Origin: a virus
Direction: 5' to 3' (one strand)
Virus record (IMG/VR): IMGVR_UViG_3300045988_066153
Location: 1-54,337 of that record
Length of the DNA: 54,337 bases
Each line of letters opens with the position of its first letter. Within the stretch, counting starts at the first letter, position 1. The notes beneath the pieces are model-generated. The model worked only from the letters and a program-made list of their open reading frames with translations. It had not been told where the DNA came from and made no database searches. A program made the translations under genes and the position numbers. Of the stretch, positions 16,402-25,667 are shown piece after piece.

Positions 16402-16989
16402 ATGGAACAGAAACAAGGAACGCCGATAATCGGCACACACAATTCAATGACTTATCTCCGACCGCAGAAGTGGTATGGGTGGTTCATGATTCCGTTCGCT
16501 CGGTGTCAGCGCAAGACAATCGAGGAACAGTGGTACGATGGCGCACGATGCTTCGACTTGCGCATCCGCTTCACCAAAAAGGGCGAACCTTACTTCGCCC
16601 ACGGTCTTTACGAATGCACACACGAGGTCCAGCCTATCGATGTCTTGGTGCAGTTGGACAGACTGATGATTCGCTACAATCAACCTGCCTTTGTCCGTCT
16701 GATTCTCGAAGACCCAGACAAGCAAAACCATAATGTTTTTTACTTCAAACGGTTCTGCCAAAAGTGGAGTGAAGCCAACATGATGCACCTCTTCGGTGGC
16801 AACCGCAAGGGCGATTGGGCGCAGATTGTGGAGTTCGGCTACAAGCCGAACCTTACCCAGTATGTAGGCTCCATGATGGAGGACGCACGGTGGTATGAGA
16901 AGCTTATGCCGTTCGCCTATGCGTGGAGGCGCAACAAGAAGAACAAGCAGAACCCAAAAGGCGACATCGCCATTTACGATTTTATTTAA
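16402..16989 (+). CDS. PI-PLC X-domain-like phosphodiesterase
   Basis: IIGTHNSMTY (compare PGTHDS), then EQWYDGARCFDLRI (compare QLxxGIRYxDLR) and YFAHGLY (second catalytic His). The track ORF begins at TTG 16393; the first ATG is at 16402. Confidence 0.5.
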   Translation: MEQKQGTPIIGTHNSMTYLRPQKWYGWFMIPFARCQRKTIEEQWYDGARCFDLRIRFTKKGEPYFAHGLYECTHEVQPIDVLVQLDRLMIRYNQPAFVRLILEDPDKQNHNVFYFKRFCQKWSEANMMHLFGGNRKGDWAQIVEFGYKPNLTQYVGSMMEDARWYEKLMPFAYAWRRNKKNKQNPKGDIAIYDFI

Positions 16990-17000
16990 CGTTTATTATT

Positions 17001-17369
17001 ATGACAAAAAAAGAAGTTAGAGCTTATTTACAGACTTACTGTGGTATAGACTTAAAAGAAGAATACTGCACGTTGGAGAATGTACTGAATCTAATTCCTA
17101 ACGTCCAAGATTCAGAGCAGAGTGAAGCATTCTCCCTTAACGTTCCAATTAATGAGCATTGTTTTGATTCTTTAGCAGAGAGCAATTGGCTATCGGGTGA
17201 TTTGTCTATATCGAGAGATGATGACGGAAAATGGACGCTGGATTGGGATTGTGATGGAATGGTTGGCATTTTGCCCCAGGGCGAAGATCTTATGACTGCC
17301 GCACTTTATATGTGCGAGTTCTGTGTCGTCAACGGAATCAGATTGAACATTAAAAAACTTAAAGAATAA
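17001..17369 (+). CDS. Hypothetical protein (paralogue of 15238..15750)
   Basis: ATG 17001 is in frame within the 16923..17369 ORF. See the paralogy noted for 15238..15750. Confidence 0.5.
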   Translation: MTKKEVRAYLQTYCGIDLKEEYCTLENVLNLIPNVQDSEQSEAFSLNVPINEHCFDSLAESNWLSGDLSISRDDDGKWTLDWDCDGMVGILPQGEDLMTAALYMCEFCVVNGIRLNIKKLKE

Positions 17370-17451
17370 CAATTAACATTATTAACCTCCCTCTGTTAAC
17401 CCCAGAGGACAACAGGGAGGAAGCATCGGTTTCCTCCCTTTCTTTTTCCCA

Positions 17452-18042
17452 ATGAATATAGCGTACAACATTGACTGCATAGAGTATATGCACACTCTCC
17501 CCGACAAGGCTTTTGATTTAGCCATTGTAGACCCTCCTTTTGGTCTTAAAGCGAGTGGCGCGGGCATTACGGGAGGCAAGAAGCGTATAAGGGTGTTGAA
17601 CACGATGCCGATGGAATGGGATATTCCGCCTACGGATGAATATTTCCAGGAGTTGTTCCGCGTGTCGAAGAATCAGATAATTTGCGGTGGGAATTATTTC
17701 AATCTTCCTCCTTGCAGATGTTTCATAGTGTGGGACAAGCGACAGCCGTGGAAAAACTTCTCTGCGTGCGAATACTTGTGGACATCGTTCAAGGCGCCAG
17801 CTAAGCTATTCAGTTATTCTTACAGACAGAAACGCATACACCCAACGCAGAAACCTGTGGCGTTATACGAATATCTCATTAAGACCTTTGCAAAGCAAGG
17901 CGACAAGATTCTTGACACGCATTTAGGCAGTGGCTCGTCAAGGATAGCCGCGTATAATCTCGGCTTTGACTTTGTAGGTTGCGAGATTAACAAAGAATTT
18001 TACGACAAACAACAAGAACGATTTATCAACGAATGTCAATGA
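17452..18042 (+). CDS. DNA methyltransferase, beta-class (N6-adenine or N4-cytosine)
   Basis: Motif IV LAIVDPPFG precedes HPTQKPVALYEYLI and motif I ILDTHLGSGSS. This is the circular permutation typical of the N6_N4_MTase family. Confidence 0.85.
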   Translation: MNIAYNIDCIEYMHTLPDKAFDLAIVDPPFGLKASGAGITGGKKRIRVLNTMPMEWDIPPTDEYFQELFRVSKNQIICGGNYFNLPPCRCFIVWDKRQPWKNFSACEYLWTSFKAPAKLFSYSYRQKRIHPTQKPVALYEYLIKTFAKQGDKILDTHLGSGSSRIAAYNLGFDFVGCEINKEFYDKQQERFINECQ

Positions 18043-18875
18043 TACTATTTCCTATCAGACTGACGGCAGCGACCGCAAGACGCTCTGCCGTGGCTTCGGA
18101 GCTGTCACCAAAACCGCTCCAACCTTGCGAGGTCAGAAACCTCGTGCTTAAACCATTGTTCATCGCACTGCTCACGATCCGTGAGGCGGAACGGCTCCGC
18201 TATCTGTGCTTCAACTTCAAGACCAACGACAAAGGAGAACTTATCTACAAGCGTGTCAGTTGCGACCTTGGCAACGCTATTCGTGACCTCGAAAAAGAAT
18301 TGAAAGGAGGAATGTTCGGTGCGGAACTGCAATTGATGCAGTTCCTCGAATACCGCTTCTTCGAGGACACGAAGAAGGTGTTCTCGCTCCTCCGCCTTAA
18401 CGTGGAGGAATTTATCCGCTCTCTCAATTATGATGTCGACGATTCCGACATAAACGCACAGAGTGAGGTGGTGCGGTTTCTCTCGCTTATGGCGATTGAG
18501 TTTGCCGAGGAGTATACAGAACGCCTTGCAGCCGCGTGTGCGGAAGTACCGCTGAAGATTACTCCGCCAAGCATTAACAACCTCGTAGCGATACAAAAAG
18601 CGTGCATCGCCATCGAGGAGAAGAGCGTAGCAGCACAGGTGAACGAAGTGAACAAACGCAAGCGGGCGGCATTGGAGGCTTGCATTGACGCTGCCATTAG
18701 AGAGTTGAAGGGTATCAGCGTGGCACAGGCGGACAAGTTCCGCTGCTGCGGAGTGTGCGCCAACTACAGATATGAGGTCGCCGCAAAAGGCAGATGCAAG
18801 TGGCCTTCATACAACGCGTCACAGATGCGCCCTGCGTGCAAGCGGTTCGAACGAGTAAACGAGAATTTGAGATAG
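18033..18875 (+). CDS. Hypothetical protein with a Cys-rich C-terminus
   Basis: 280-aa ORF between the two methyltransferase genes. Its C-terminus contains CCGVCANY...CKW...CKRF. Confidence 0.5.
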   Translation: MSMILFPIRLTAATARRSAVASELSPKPLQPCEVRNLVLKPLFIALLTIREAERLRYLCFNFKTNDKGELIYKRVSCDLGNAIRDLEKELKGGMFGAELQLMQFLEYRFFEDTKKVFSLLRLNVEEFIRSLNYDVDDSDINAQSEVVRFLSLMAIEFAEEYTERLAAACAEVPLKITPPSINNLVAIQKACIAIEEKSVAAQVNEVNKRKRAALEACIDAAIRELKGISVAQADKFRCCGVCANYRYEVAAKGRCKWPSYNASQMRPACKRFERVNENLR

Positions 18876-20126
18876 ATGAAGAAAACAAGTTTTGGCGTAC
18901 CTTATAAAGGTAGCAAGAATAAGATTGCGGAAAGTCTGATAGGACGACTTCCGTCTGCATCAAATTTTGTAGACCTTTTTTGCGGAGGGTGTGCGATGAC
19001 GCATGCCGCCCTTCTCAGTGGCAAGTGGAAGAACATCTATGCCAACGACCTTGACGGACGCGGTCTGCGTCTTTTCCTCAGCGCCGCCAACGGCGCATAC
19101 AAGGATGAAGTTCGGTGGATTAGTCGCGAAGATTTCTTCAGACTGAAAGAAACCGACCCATACATCGCGGTGTGTTGGAGTTTCGGAAACAACTTTTGTA
19201 ATTATCTGTACTCGAAAGAAATCGAGCCGTGGAAACGGGCATTGCATTGGGCGCGCGTGTACAACGACCTTTCTGTCTTCAGAGCGATGGGGGTCAATAC
19301 CGATGGCACAAGAACCGACATCATTGCACACAAAGACGAGTACAAAGCCGCCTATATCAGATGGTATCTTGCGCAACGCGGCGACCGGATGCCATTACAG
19401 TATGTGATGACGCGAATCAAGGAACAGATAAAGCTGACGAGTGACGAGCTGAGGCAGTATCTCTGTGATGCCTTAAAAGAGAGTGGACTGTCACAGGCAG
19501 AGGTAGATCGCCGGTTGGGGAACAATATGGCTAGCCACTATTTCGGCTATTCGCAGTGGCAATTTCCAACCGAAGAAAACTACAACAAGATGCGCGAATG
19601 GATGCCGCTGAAGCCACATGCGGAGGTCTATGCGTTGCAGAAACTGAATTGCTGCCTTGACAACCTTCAGAGCCTTGACAAACTTCAGAGCCTTGACAAA
19701 CTTCAGAGCCTTGACAACCTTCAGAGCCTTGACAACCTTCAGATGCTAAACCGCATTAATTCACTGATGGAGTTCCGTGACCGAATCAACACAATCAAAC
19801 CGACCTATAAAGACTACAGAGAAGTCCGAATCCCCGAAAACAGCGTGGTTTATTGCGACATTCCTTATCGTGGCACCGATGGATATCTGTCAGGCTTCAA
19901 CCACAATGAGTTCTATGAGTGGGCAAAACAGCAAACGGAACTTGTGGTAATATCCGAATACTCTATGCCTGAAGGCTTCTGCGAGGTGTTCGGAAGACTG
20001 CACATTTCTTCTTTGTCAGCAACATCCCACCACCACGTCACGGAAAAATTGTTTGTTCCCGAACATCAAGTGGGGGAATATTACAGACGCCTTGAACCTG
20101 TAGATTTGTTCAACTACGAGAAATAG
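18876..20126 (+). CDS. Dam-like DNA adenine methyltransferase with HTH insert and hexapeptide repeat
   Basis: YKGSKNKIAE...FVDLFCGGCAM (motif I region) and VVYCDIPYRGT (DPPY-type motif IV). The central LSQAEVDRRLGNNMASHYFG is HTH-like. LD(N/K)LQS is repeated five times. Confidence 0.8.
   Translation: MKKTSFGVPYKGSKNKIAESLIGRLPSASNFVDLFCGGCAMTHAALLSGKWKNIYANDLDGRGLRLFLSAANGAYKDEVRWISREDFFRLKETDPYIAVCWSFGNNFCNYLYSKEIEPWKRALHWARVYNDLSVFRAMGVNTDGTRTDIIAHKDEYKAAYIRWYLAQRGDRMPLQYVMTRIKEQIKLTSDELRQYLCDALKESGLSQAEVDRRLGNNMASHYFGYSQWQFPTEENYNKMREWMPLKPHAEVYALQKLNCCLDNLQSLDKLQSLDKLQSLDNLQSLDNLQMLNRINSLMEFRDRINTIKPTYKDYREVRIPENSVVYCDIPYRGTDGYLSGFNHNEFYEWAKQQTELVVISEYSMPEGFCEVFGRLHISSLSATSHHHVTEKLFVPEHQVGEYYRRLEPVDLFNYEK
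19656..19745 (+). repeat. 5 x 18-bp in-frame tandem repeat inside the Dam-like methyltransferase
   Basis: CTTGACAA(C/A)CTTCAGAGC units start at 19656, 19674, 19692, 19710 and 19728. They encode LDNLQS-LDKLQS-LDKLQS-LDNLQS-LDNLQM. Confidence 0.9.
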
Positions 20127-20196
20127 ATACATAAATAATCCGTTTCGATTTTGTTAAGTCATTGAATATTATTACCTTCGTATCAAACTATGTATT

Positions 20197-20610
20197 ATGG
20201 AAAACGATTTAATCATTAATGGCAAGGATGCCTACAAGACGTGGAAAGTCTGCATGGGCAGCAAGTTTCTCGACAACCTTGAAACACCTCCGCCTTTGAA
20301 AGACTACATAACAAGCGGAAGCCGCACGGAAAATGGTCAAAGGGTAATCGTTTCGCCGAGGATAGACTCACGGGACGTGTCCCTTTCCTTCACCGTTTCC
20401 GGCACCGACAGGAATGACTTCATCCGCAACAGGGACGGATTCCTTTCCGTCCTCCAGGGTGGCACGGTGGAAATACGTGTGCCTTCTCTCAATGGGAATA
20501 CGTATCGACTTGTGTACACAGGAAAGAATGCCTCTTACGCTATGAACAGGATGCGCACGTTCGCCACCATCACCGCTAAGTTTGTCGAACCAAATCCGAT
20601 GAACAGATGA
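20197..20610 (+). CDS. Putative tail-tip protein (distal tail protein-like)
   Basis: First gene of the plus-strand operon that continues into the 1367-aa tail protein. Beta-rich composition. No motif-level proof. Confidence 0.4.
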   Translation: MENDLIINGKDAYKTWKVCMGSKFLDNLETPPPLKDYITSGSRTENGQRVIVSPRIDSRDVSLSFTVSGTDRNDFIRNRDGFLSVLQGGTVEIRVPSLNGNTYRLVYTGKNASYAMNRMRTFATITAKFVEPNPMNR

Positions 20611-21056
20611 TGGGAGGAGGCAAGATTCCGCTTATCCGGCTGAGAGAAATAGCGGAGATGCGGAGGGCGTTGGATGTGGAAGAAGCGGACTTGGTAAGCC
20701 CGCTTGTAAACGATTGCAGACTCATCCCAAAACTGTACAAATGGTACGAAGCCAACGCTACAGAGCGTGACGCCATAATGTTCCGCAAGAAGTTCGTGTT
20801 TCTTGCGTTGTGCTTGTTTTCGATGCGGACACTCACCGGATGCCGTATGCCTAAAGGGATGAGGGCGAAATTGAAACAGATATTCCCCGACCTTGCATCC
20901 GGATGCTCAATATCCAATTATATGCGGAATCTTGTAGTGGAATATCTGTATTATCCGGACTTCCACGAAGACATAGACCGCCTCTATTCCGCCGCTTGTG
21001 AGGAATTGTCTAAACATAACGGCGCTTTGTTTGACACCGACCGTGAAAAGCCGTGA
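20607..21056 (+). CDS. Hypothetical protein
   Basis: 149-aa ORF overlapping the previous stop (ATGA). Confidence 0.5.
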   Translation: MMGGGKIPLIRLREIAEMRRALDVEEADLVSPLVNDCRLIPKLYKWYEANATERDAIMFRKKFVFLALCLFSMRTLTGCRMPKGMRAKLKQIFPDLASGCSISNYMRNLVVEYLYYPDFHEDIDRLYSAACEELSKHNGALFDTDREKP

Positions 21057-21087
21057 TTGTTTGCGGATTATTTAAGATATTCGCAAT

Positions 21088-24000
21088 ATGACAACGATTT
21101 ATGACAGCACAGGCAAGGAGCGCGCGACGGTGGTCGTGGGCAGCGGTTCTGTGCGGCGGTTCGCGCTCATGGGCGATGACTATGTGACGCTGAAATTCGT
21201 GGTCGCCGAACCTCTCTACATCGCAATCGGAGACTACATCAATACCGACTTCGGACGCTTTGTCATTGTCTCCGACCAGAAGCCGAACATCAGCAAGACG
21301 ACAGGCGGTTATGAGTACGAATTGAAATTCGAGGCACCGCACTGCGCGTGGAAAAACAAAATCTCGATGCTTGTCTACAAACAGAACGTAGGCAACGTGG
21401 AGAAGCGTTACCGCAAGGAATCGTCGTGGAATCACACAGCCGACATCATCACACAGGCGGAAGCGGCAATCATCGACAACCTTGAATGCTTGGGAATGGA
21501 CTACCGCGTGCAGTTGCACGGAGTCGATGAAGACACGGCGAGCAAAAGCGTGCTTGTCTCCTACGACAATACAAGCATATACGACGCACTGACATTGATT
21601 GCCGACGCTTTCGATGTCGAGTGGTGGATTGTCGGGAATATCATCTACTTCGGAAAATGTCAATTCGGAGAGGAAACGGAATCCGTAGACTTGACACTCG
21701 GTGACAATGTCAGCGATATGGGCAACGCCAAGTCTTCAGCCGACTTCGCCACAAGGTTCTACGTCTACGGCTCCGACAGGAATCTGCGCAACTACCGCAA
21801 GAACGACCGAGGCGAGAGTGTCGCTCTCGGTGTAGTCACCGACAGACTGATGCTGCCGAAAGGCACGGACTACATAGACCTGTACAAGTATGACACGGAG
21901 GGCAACCGCGTCCATATTACCGATGCCGCATACAATGCCGACACAAACACGGAGATGCCCTCCGAAGAAGTCGTGGAGAATACGATCGTCTTCGACGATG
22001 TTTATCCAAAGCAAGACGCTACGATTACCGATGTGTTCGTGTATCGTAAAGCGCCGATTAAAGACAGCGAAGGAAACGTAGTCAAGAAAATCCCTATATA
22101 TTGGTGCAAGGTTGACGGCTTCATTTTTGACCGCAAATATCTGCTTGAAGGTAAAACGATTCAGATGATGTTTCAAAGCGGCTTGCTGTCGGGGATGACA
22201 TTCGATGTCACATTCAATCCTGCGAACGATGCAGTGAAGCACCCAGACGGAAGCGTGAACAAAGACGCGCAGCGGTGGGAACTTGTCTACAATACCGACT
22301 ACGGACGTGAGTTGCCCGATGAGACGCTGAAGCCGAGTGTCGGCGACAAGATTGTTTTTATCAACTTCGATGCCAAACTTGTGACGGAGGGCGATATGGT
22401 TGCCGATGCCGAGAAGAAACTCTACACCACCGCCGTTGACTACATCAAGAAACAGGCTACCGACAATCAGACATACGACTGCACTATTATGTGCGACGTG
22501 GCGCGTGACGGCTTCACGCTCGATGTCGGTCAGCGTGTGCGGCTTGTCAACGCCGCATTCTTCCGCACACCGAGGAAAAGCCGTGTTATCGGATGGGAAA
22601 TCCCGCTTGATATTCCTTACGACAATCCAGTGTACACTATCGGCGAGGCGGTCAGCTACTCCACCATAGGCACGTTGTCAAAGTCGGTGGAGGCTCTGAC
22701 TGCACAAGGACAGCGCAGAGAATCGGAAAGCGGCGGAGTGTATCTCATCCGCTCCTACGACAATGTGACACCAGCCACTGACTTGAACGCCTTCTCGGCA
22801 CTCCGTGCGCTGCGTCAGTTCGTCAACGCCGTTGACGATGATGATGTCGCTGGCTTGCTGAAGTTCGCCAAAGGCTTGCAGTCGGCTGGCTTTATGGAGG
22901 GTTCTTTCGGGCGTGGCTTTGAGCTGATGAAAGACCGCAACGGACGCTCCTACTTGGAGATTGACGAGATATTCGTGCGGATGCGTGCCGTGTTCGAATC
23001 ATTGGAAATCAAGCACGTCAGCCACGTCGGCGGCGAGAACATTATCTCGCCCGCTGGCATTGAGTGCTACAGAGTTGAGACTGTGCCAGCGCAGATAGGA
23101 TTGCGCAGCAGTGACGGAGCGGACTTGCTCGACAAAGACGGAGAGCAGTTGACGGCGAAAGCCACGGACACGAACGTCTACCGCTGCTACTTCAAGACGA
23201 CCGACGGAGAGCGGACGATATACAATCAATTCGCGGTGGGCGACCTTGCTCTTTGCCGCGAGTTCAACACGAAGAAGAATGCCGATGGAACGACCCTCGG
23301 ACGCTACTATTGGCGCGCAGTGGTCGGTGTCGGCACTGACTATATAGATTTATCGATCACCGACTGCCTTGAAGGCTCTGACGCTCCGATGAAGGGCGAC
23401 ACGATTGTTTGTTTGGGAAACAAGTCCGACAAGGCGCGTCAGAATGCGGTCGTGGTATCGTCATACGGAGTGGGAAGCCCGTCTATCAAGATGTATCAAG
23501 GCATCAAGACTTTCGCGCTCTCGGACGACAATGCGCCTGTGATTATCTCCCCAGACGGGAACAAGTTTACGGGTGATTTCGTCAGCCGTAGCGGTGACAA
23601 TATTGTCGACATCATCAACGGCAAGGCGAAGGTGTACACCGAGAAGCCTTTGTCTCAGCCGTACAAGGTCGGCGACTTGTGGGTGAACGCGACGGATGGA
23701 ACATACAAGAACGAACTGCTCCGCTGTGTTTCCAATGCGAAAACGTTCACCTATCAAGGCAAGCTGAATTATCTGTACAATATCGATGATTGGAAGCCGT
23801 CAAACGGCTACACGTCGGAGATAAAGCAGACTTCCGACGCAATCAAGATGTCTGTTTATGCGCTCGGTCAGCCGAAACGCAATTACGCTACACTGCCGCA
23901 GACAATGACGTTGACGGTTGCAAAGCCGTCGCTCGGCAACGCAAGCGGAAAACACATTGTCGGAAGTATCATTACCGACGGCTTGACGCATACGCAGCAG

Positions 24001-25191
24001 TTGTACTTGTCGTTCTCCGTCACCACGGTTGGCGACTCGCTTCTTGCCGCTCTGCCTGTGCGTATGGATATTGTCTGCGGAACATCGGTGGCCTACACCA
24101 CCGAGTTCGAGACGAAGAAAGGTGTATCAGTGTCGGCGACACAGAAAGACATCGTGTTGACGGTCGAAGAATCGTGGCTGTCGTTCGGGTCGTTGTCGGT
24201 GGTATTGTCAAGCAAGAGCATCGCCACGGTGACGCTGACGGATTTCCGCGTGTGTCTTGTTCCCAACACTTCATACTCCGAGGCGCAGGAACAGAAGCTT
24301 AAACGCACGGGAATCGACATCGAGAACGAGCGAATCTTGCTGCAAGCGGACACCACGGAGTTTGTCGGCAACGACGGAACTACACGTGTGCGGATTTTCG
24401 GAAGCGACGGCAAGATAAACGCCGAGATGATTGATGCCGACAGCATTGTCGCAAAGCGTCTGCAAGCGAAGACGGCTCTCGGCACGGTGGACATTGACAA
24501 CGGCGCCATATTGCTGACTGATGCGAACGGAAAGCCGAGAATGCGCATATCAGGGGGCAATCTCACCGCTTCGGCATCGTCGGTCGACATCCCAATGAAG
24601 CTGTACTCTGGACAGATTGATGTGGACGAGAGCAAGGACTACTACCACGCGGAGGTTGCGTTGCCCGAAGCAAGCGGCTATGTGTTCAAGACTGCCGACG
24701 GAGCGGTGGCGAAACTGCCGACAATAGGACTCGGTGTGTCGGAACTTGTTTCCGACGCGTTGGCATACCCTGGAGGGCGCATCCGTGTACGGCTCGAACT
24801 GCTGCTTGACGGCAAGGTTGTCGGTGCGCTTGACAAGGAAGCCGCCGCTACCGACTTGTCTGTTTCGGGGACGCTCACCCTTGATTCGCTCTCGGTGTCA
24901 CTCTCCGAGGGCATCCACTCCATCACTGCCAATGTGTGGTTCTGGGGCAACGGGAACGCTATCACTTCGACATCGTTCCGCATCGAGCCGAACGGCAACA
25001 TCTTGGTGACATATCCGACAGATATGGTGGAAATCGCGGCGGACGGATTCCGCGCCGCAACCGCTGGCGGAACGTACATACAGCAGACCGCCGAAGCTTG
25101 TGTGATGGCTTATCAGCAATACCGCTTGGAGGTGTCGGGCAAGGGCATCCGTGTCACGGCTGACGGAAACAAATGGAATAACTTAATATAG
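21088..25191 (+). CDS. Large tail-tip/baseplate hub protein (Tal / minor structural protein-like)
   Basis: 1367 aa. The N-terminal region (YVTLKFVVAEP...GDYINTDFGRFVI...YEYELKFEAP) resembles the phage minor-structural/tail-endopeptidase N-domain. The long beta-rich C-terminus fits a tail-tip role. Confidence 0.7.
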   Translation: MTTIYDSTGKERATVVVGSGSVRRFALMGDDYVTLKFVVAEPLYIAIGDYINTDFGRFVIVSDQKPNISKTTGGYEYELKFEAPHCAWKNKISMLVYKQNVGNVEKRYRKESSWNHTADIITQAEAAIIDNLECLGMDYRVQLHGVDEDTASKSVLVSYDNTSIYDALTLIADAFDVEWWIVGNIIYFGKCQFGEETESVDLTLGDNVSDMGNAKSSADFATRFYVYGSDRNLRNYRKNDRGESVALGVVTDRLMLPKGTDYIDLYKYDTEGNRVHITDAAYNADTNTEMPSEEVVENTIVFDDVYPKQDATITDVFVYRKAPIKDSEGNVVKKIPIYWCKVDGFIFDRKYLLEGKTIQMMFQSGLLSGMTFDVTFNPANDAVKHPDGSVNKDAQRWELVYNTDYGRELPDETLKPSVGDKIVFINFDAKLVTEGDMVADAEKKLYTTAVDYIKKQATDNQTYDCTIMCDVARDGFTLDVGQRVRLVNAAFFRTPRKSRVIGWEIPLDIPYDNPVYTIGEAVSYSTIGTLSKSVEALTAQGQRRESESGGVYLIRSYDNVTPATDLNAFSALRALRQFVNAVDDDDVAGLLKFAKGLQSAGFMEGSFGRGFELMKDRNGRSYLEIDEIFVRMRAVFESLEIKHVSHVGGENIISPAGIECYRVETVPAQIGLRSSDGADLLDKDGEQLTAKATDTNVYRCYFKTTDGERTIYNQFAVGDLALCREFNTKKNADGTTLGRYYWRAVVGVGTDYIDLSITDCLEGSDAPMKGDTIVCLGNKSDKARQNAVVVSSYGVGSPSIKMYQGIKTFALSDDNAPVIISPDGNKFTGDFVSRSGDNIVDIINGKAKVYTEKPLSQPYKVGDLWVNATDGTYKNELLRCVSNAKTFTYQGKLNYLYNIDDWKPSNGYTSEIKQTSDAIKMSVYALGQPKRNYATLPQTMTLTVAKPSLGNASGKHIVGSIITDGLTHTQQLYLSFSVTTVGDSLLAALPVRMDIVCGTSVAYTTEFETKKGVSVSATQKDIVLTVEESWLSFGSLSVVLSSKSIATVTLTDFRVCLVPNTSYSEAQEQKLKRTGIDIENERILLQADTTEFVGNDGTTRVRIFGSDGKINAEMIDADSIVAKRLQAKTALGTVDIDNGAILLTDANGKPRMRISGGNLTASASSVDIPMKLYSGQIDVDESKDYYHAEVALPEASGYVFKTADGAVAKLPTIGLGVSELVSDALAYPGGRIRVRLELLLDGKVVGALDKEAAATDLSVSGTLTLDSLSVSLSEGIHSITANVWFWGNGNAITSTSFRIEPNGNILVTYPTDMVEIAADGFRAATAGGTYIQQTAEACVMAYQQYRLEVSGKGIRVTADGNKWNNLI

Positions 25192-25201
25192 CGTGAATAG
25201 T

Positions 25202-25666
25202 ATGATTAGAATAGTAAGAGGAAACAGATTTCGGTTGCTGATACCGCTTGAACTGACAACGACAGAGGGCGGAGTGAGCAAGACTGAGAAATACACGCCG
25301 ACAGAACGATGCCGCGTGTGTGTCCGCAAGGCATCCGCTTCCTACGATGTCCCGCACTCGGTGCAGGACACGAACGTGCTTGTCGTTGACATCGCCGCCG
25401 ACTTGCTCGGCAACGGGACGTATGCGGTGGAGGTGACTGACAAGGATGTGCGCTCAATGCGCCTTGCACAATTCGCTATCGTGGAGACGACGGAGGAGGC
25501 GGACATCAAGCAGCCGACGGACTTTGAGTTGCAGACCGCCGCACTTGACGCACAGGTTTTTTTCGGAGGCATTACGGAGAATGACGTGAAGCGGATTGTC
25601 GATGAACATCTCGGCATTCCAAAGGACGCGAACGGAGAGATTTTATTAACCAAAGAACAAATATAG
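25202..25666 (+). CDS. Hypothetical tail-associated protein
   Basis: It lies between the hub and fibre genes. The track ORF starts at GTG 25193; the first ATG is at 25202. Confidence 0.45.
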   Translation: MIRIVRGNRFRLLIPLELTTTEGGVSKTEKYTPTERCRVCVRKASASYDVPHSVQDTNVLVVDIAADLLGNGTYAVEVTDKDVRSMRLAQFAIVETTEEADIKQPTDFELQTAALDAQVFFGGITENDVKRIVDEHLGIPKDANGEILLTKEQI

Positions 25667-25667
25667 T

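Noticed and set aside
20127-20196. Inverted repeats matching 35188-35389 that would support a programmed inversion of the 15-kb tail/accessory segment
   Set aside because: Manual comparison of the two boundary regions showed no shared inverted sequence. Only promoter-like boxes are present. A computational search is still advisable.
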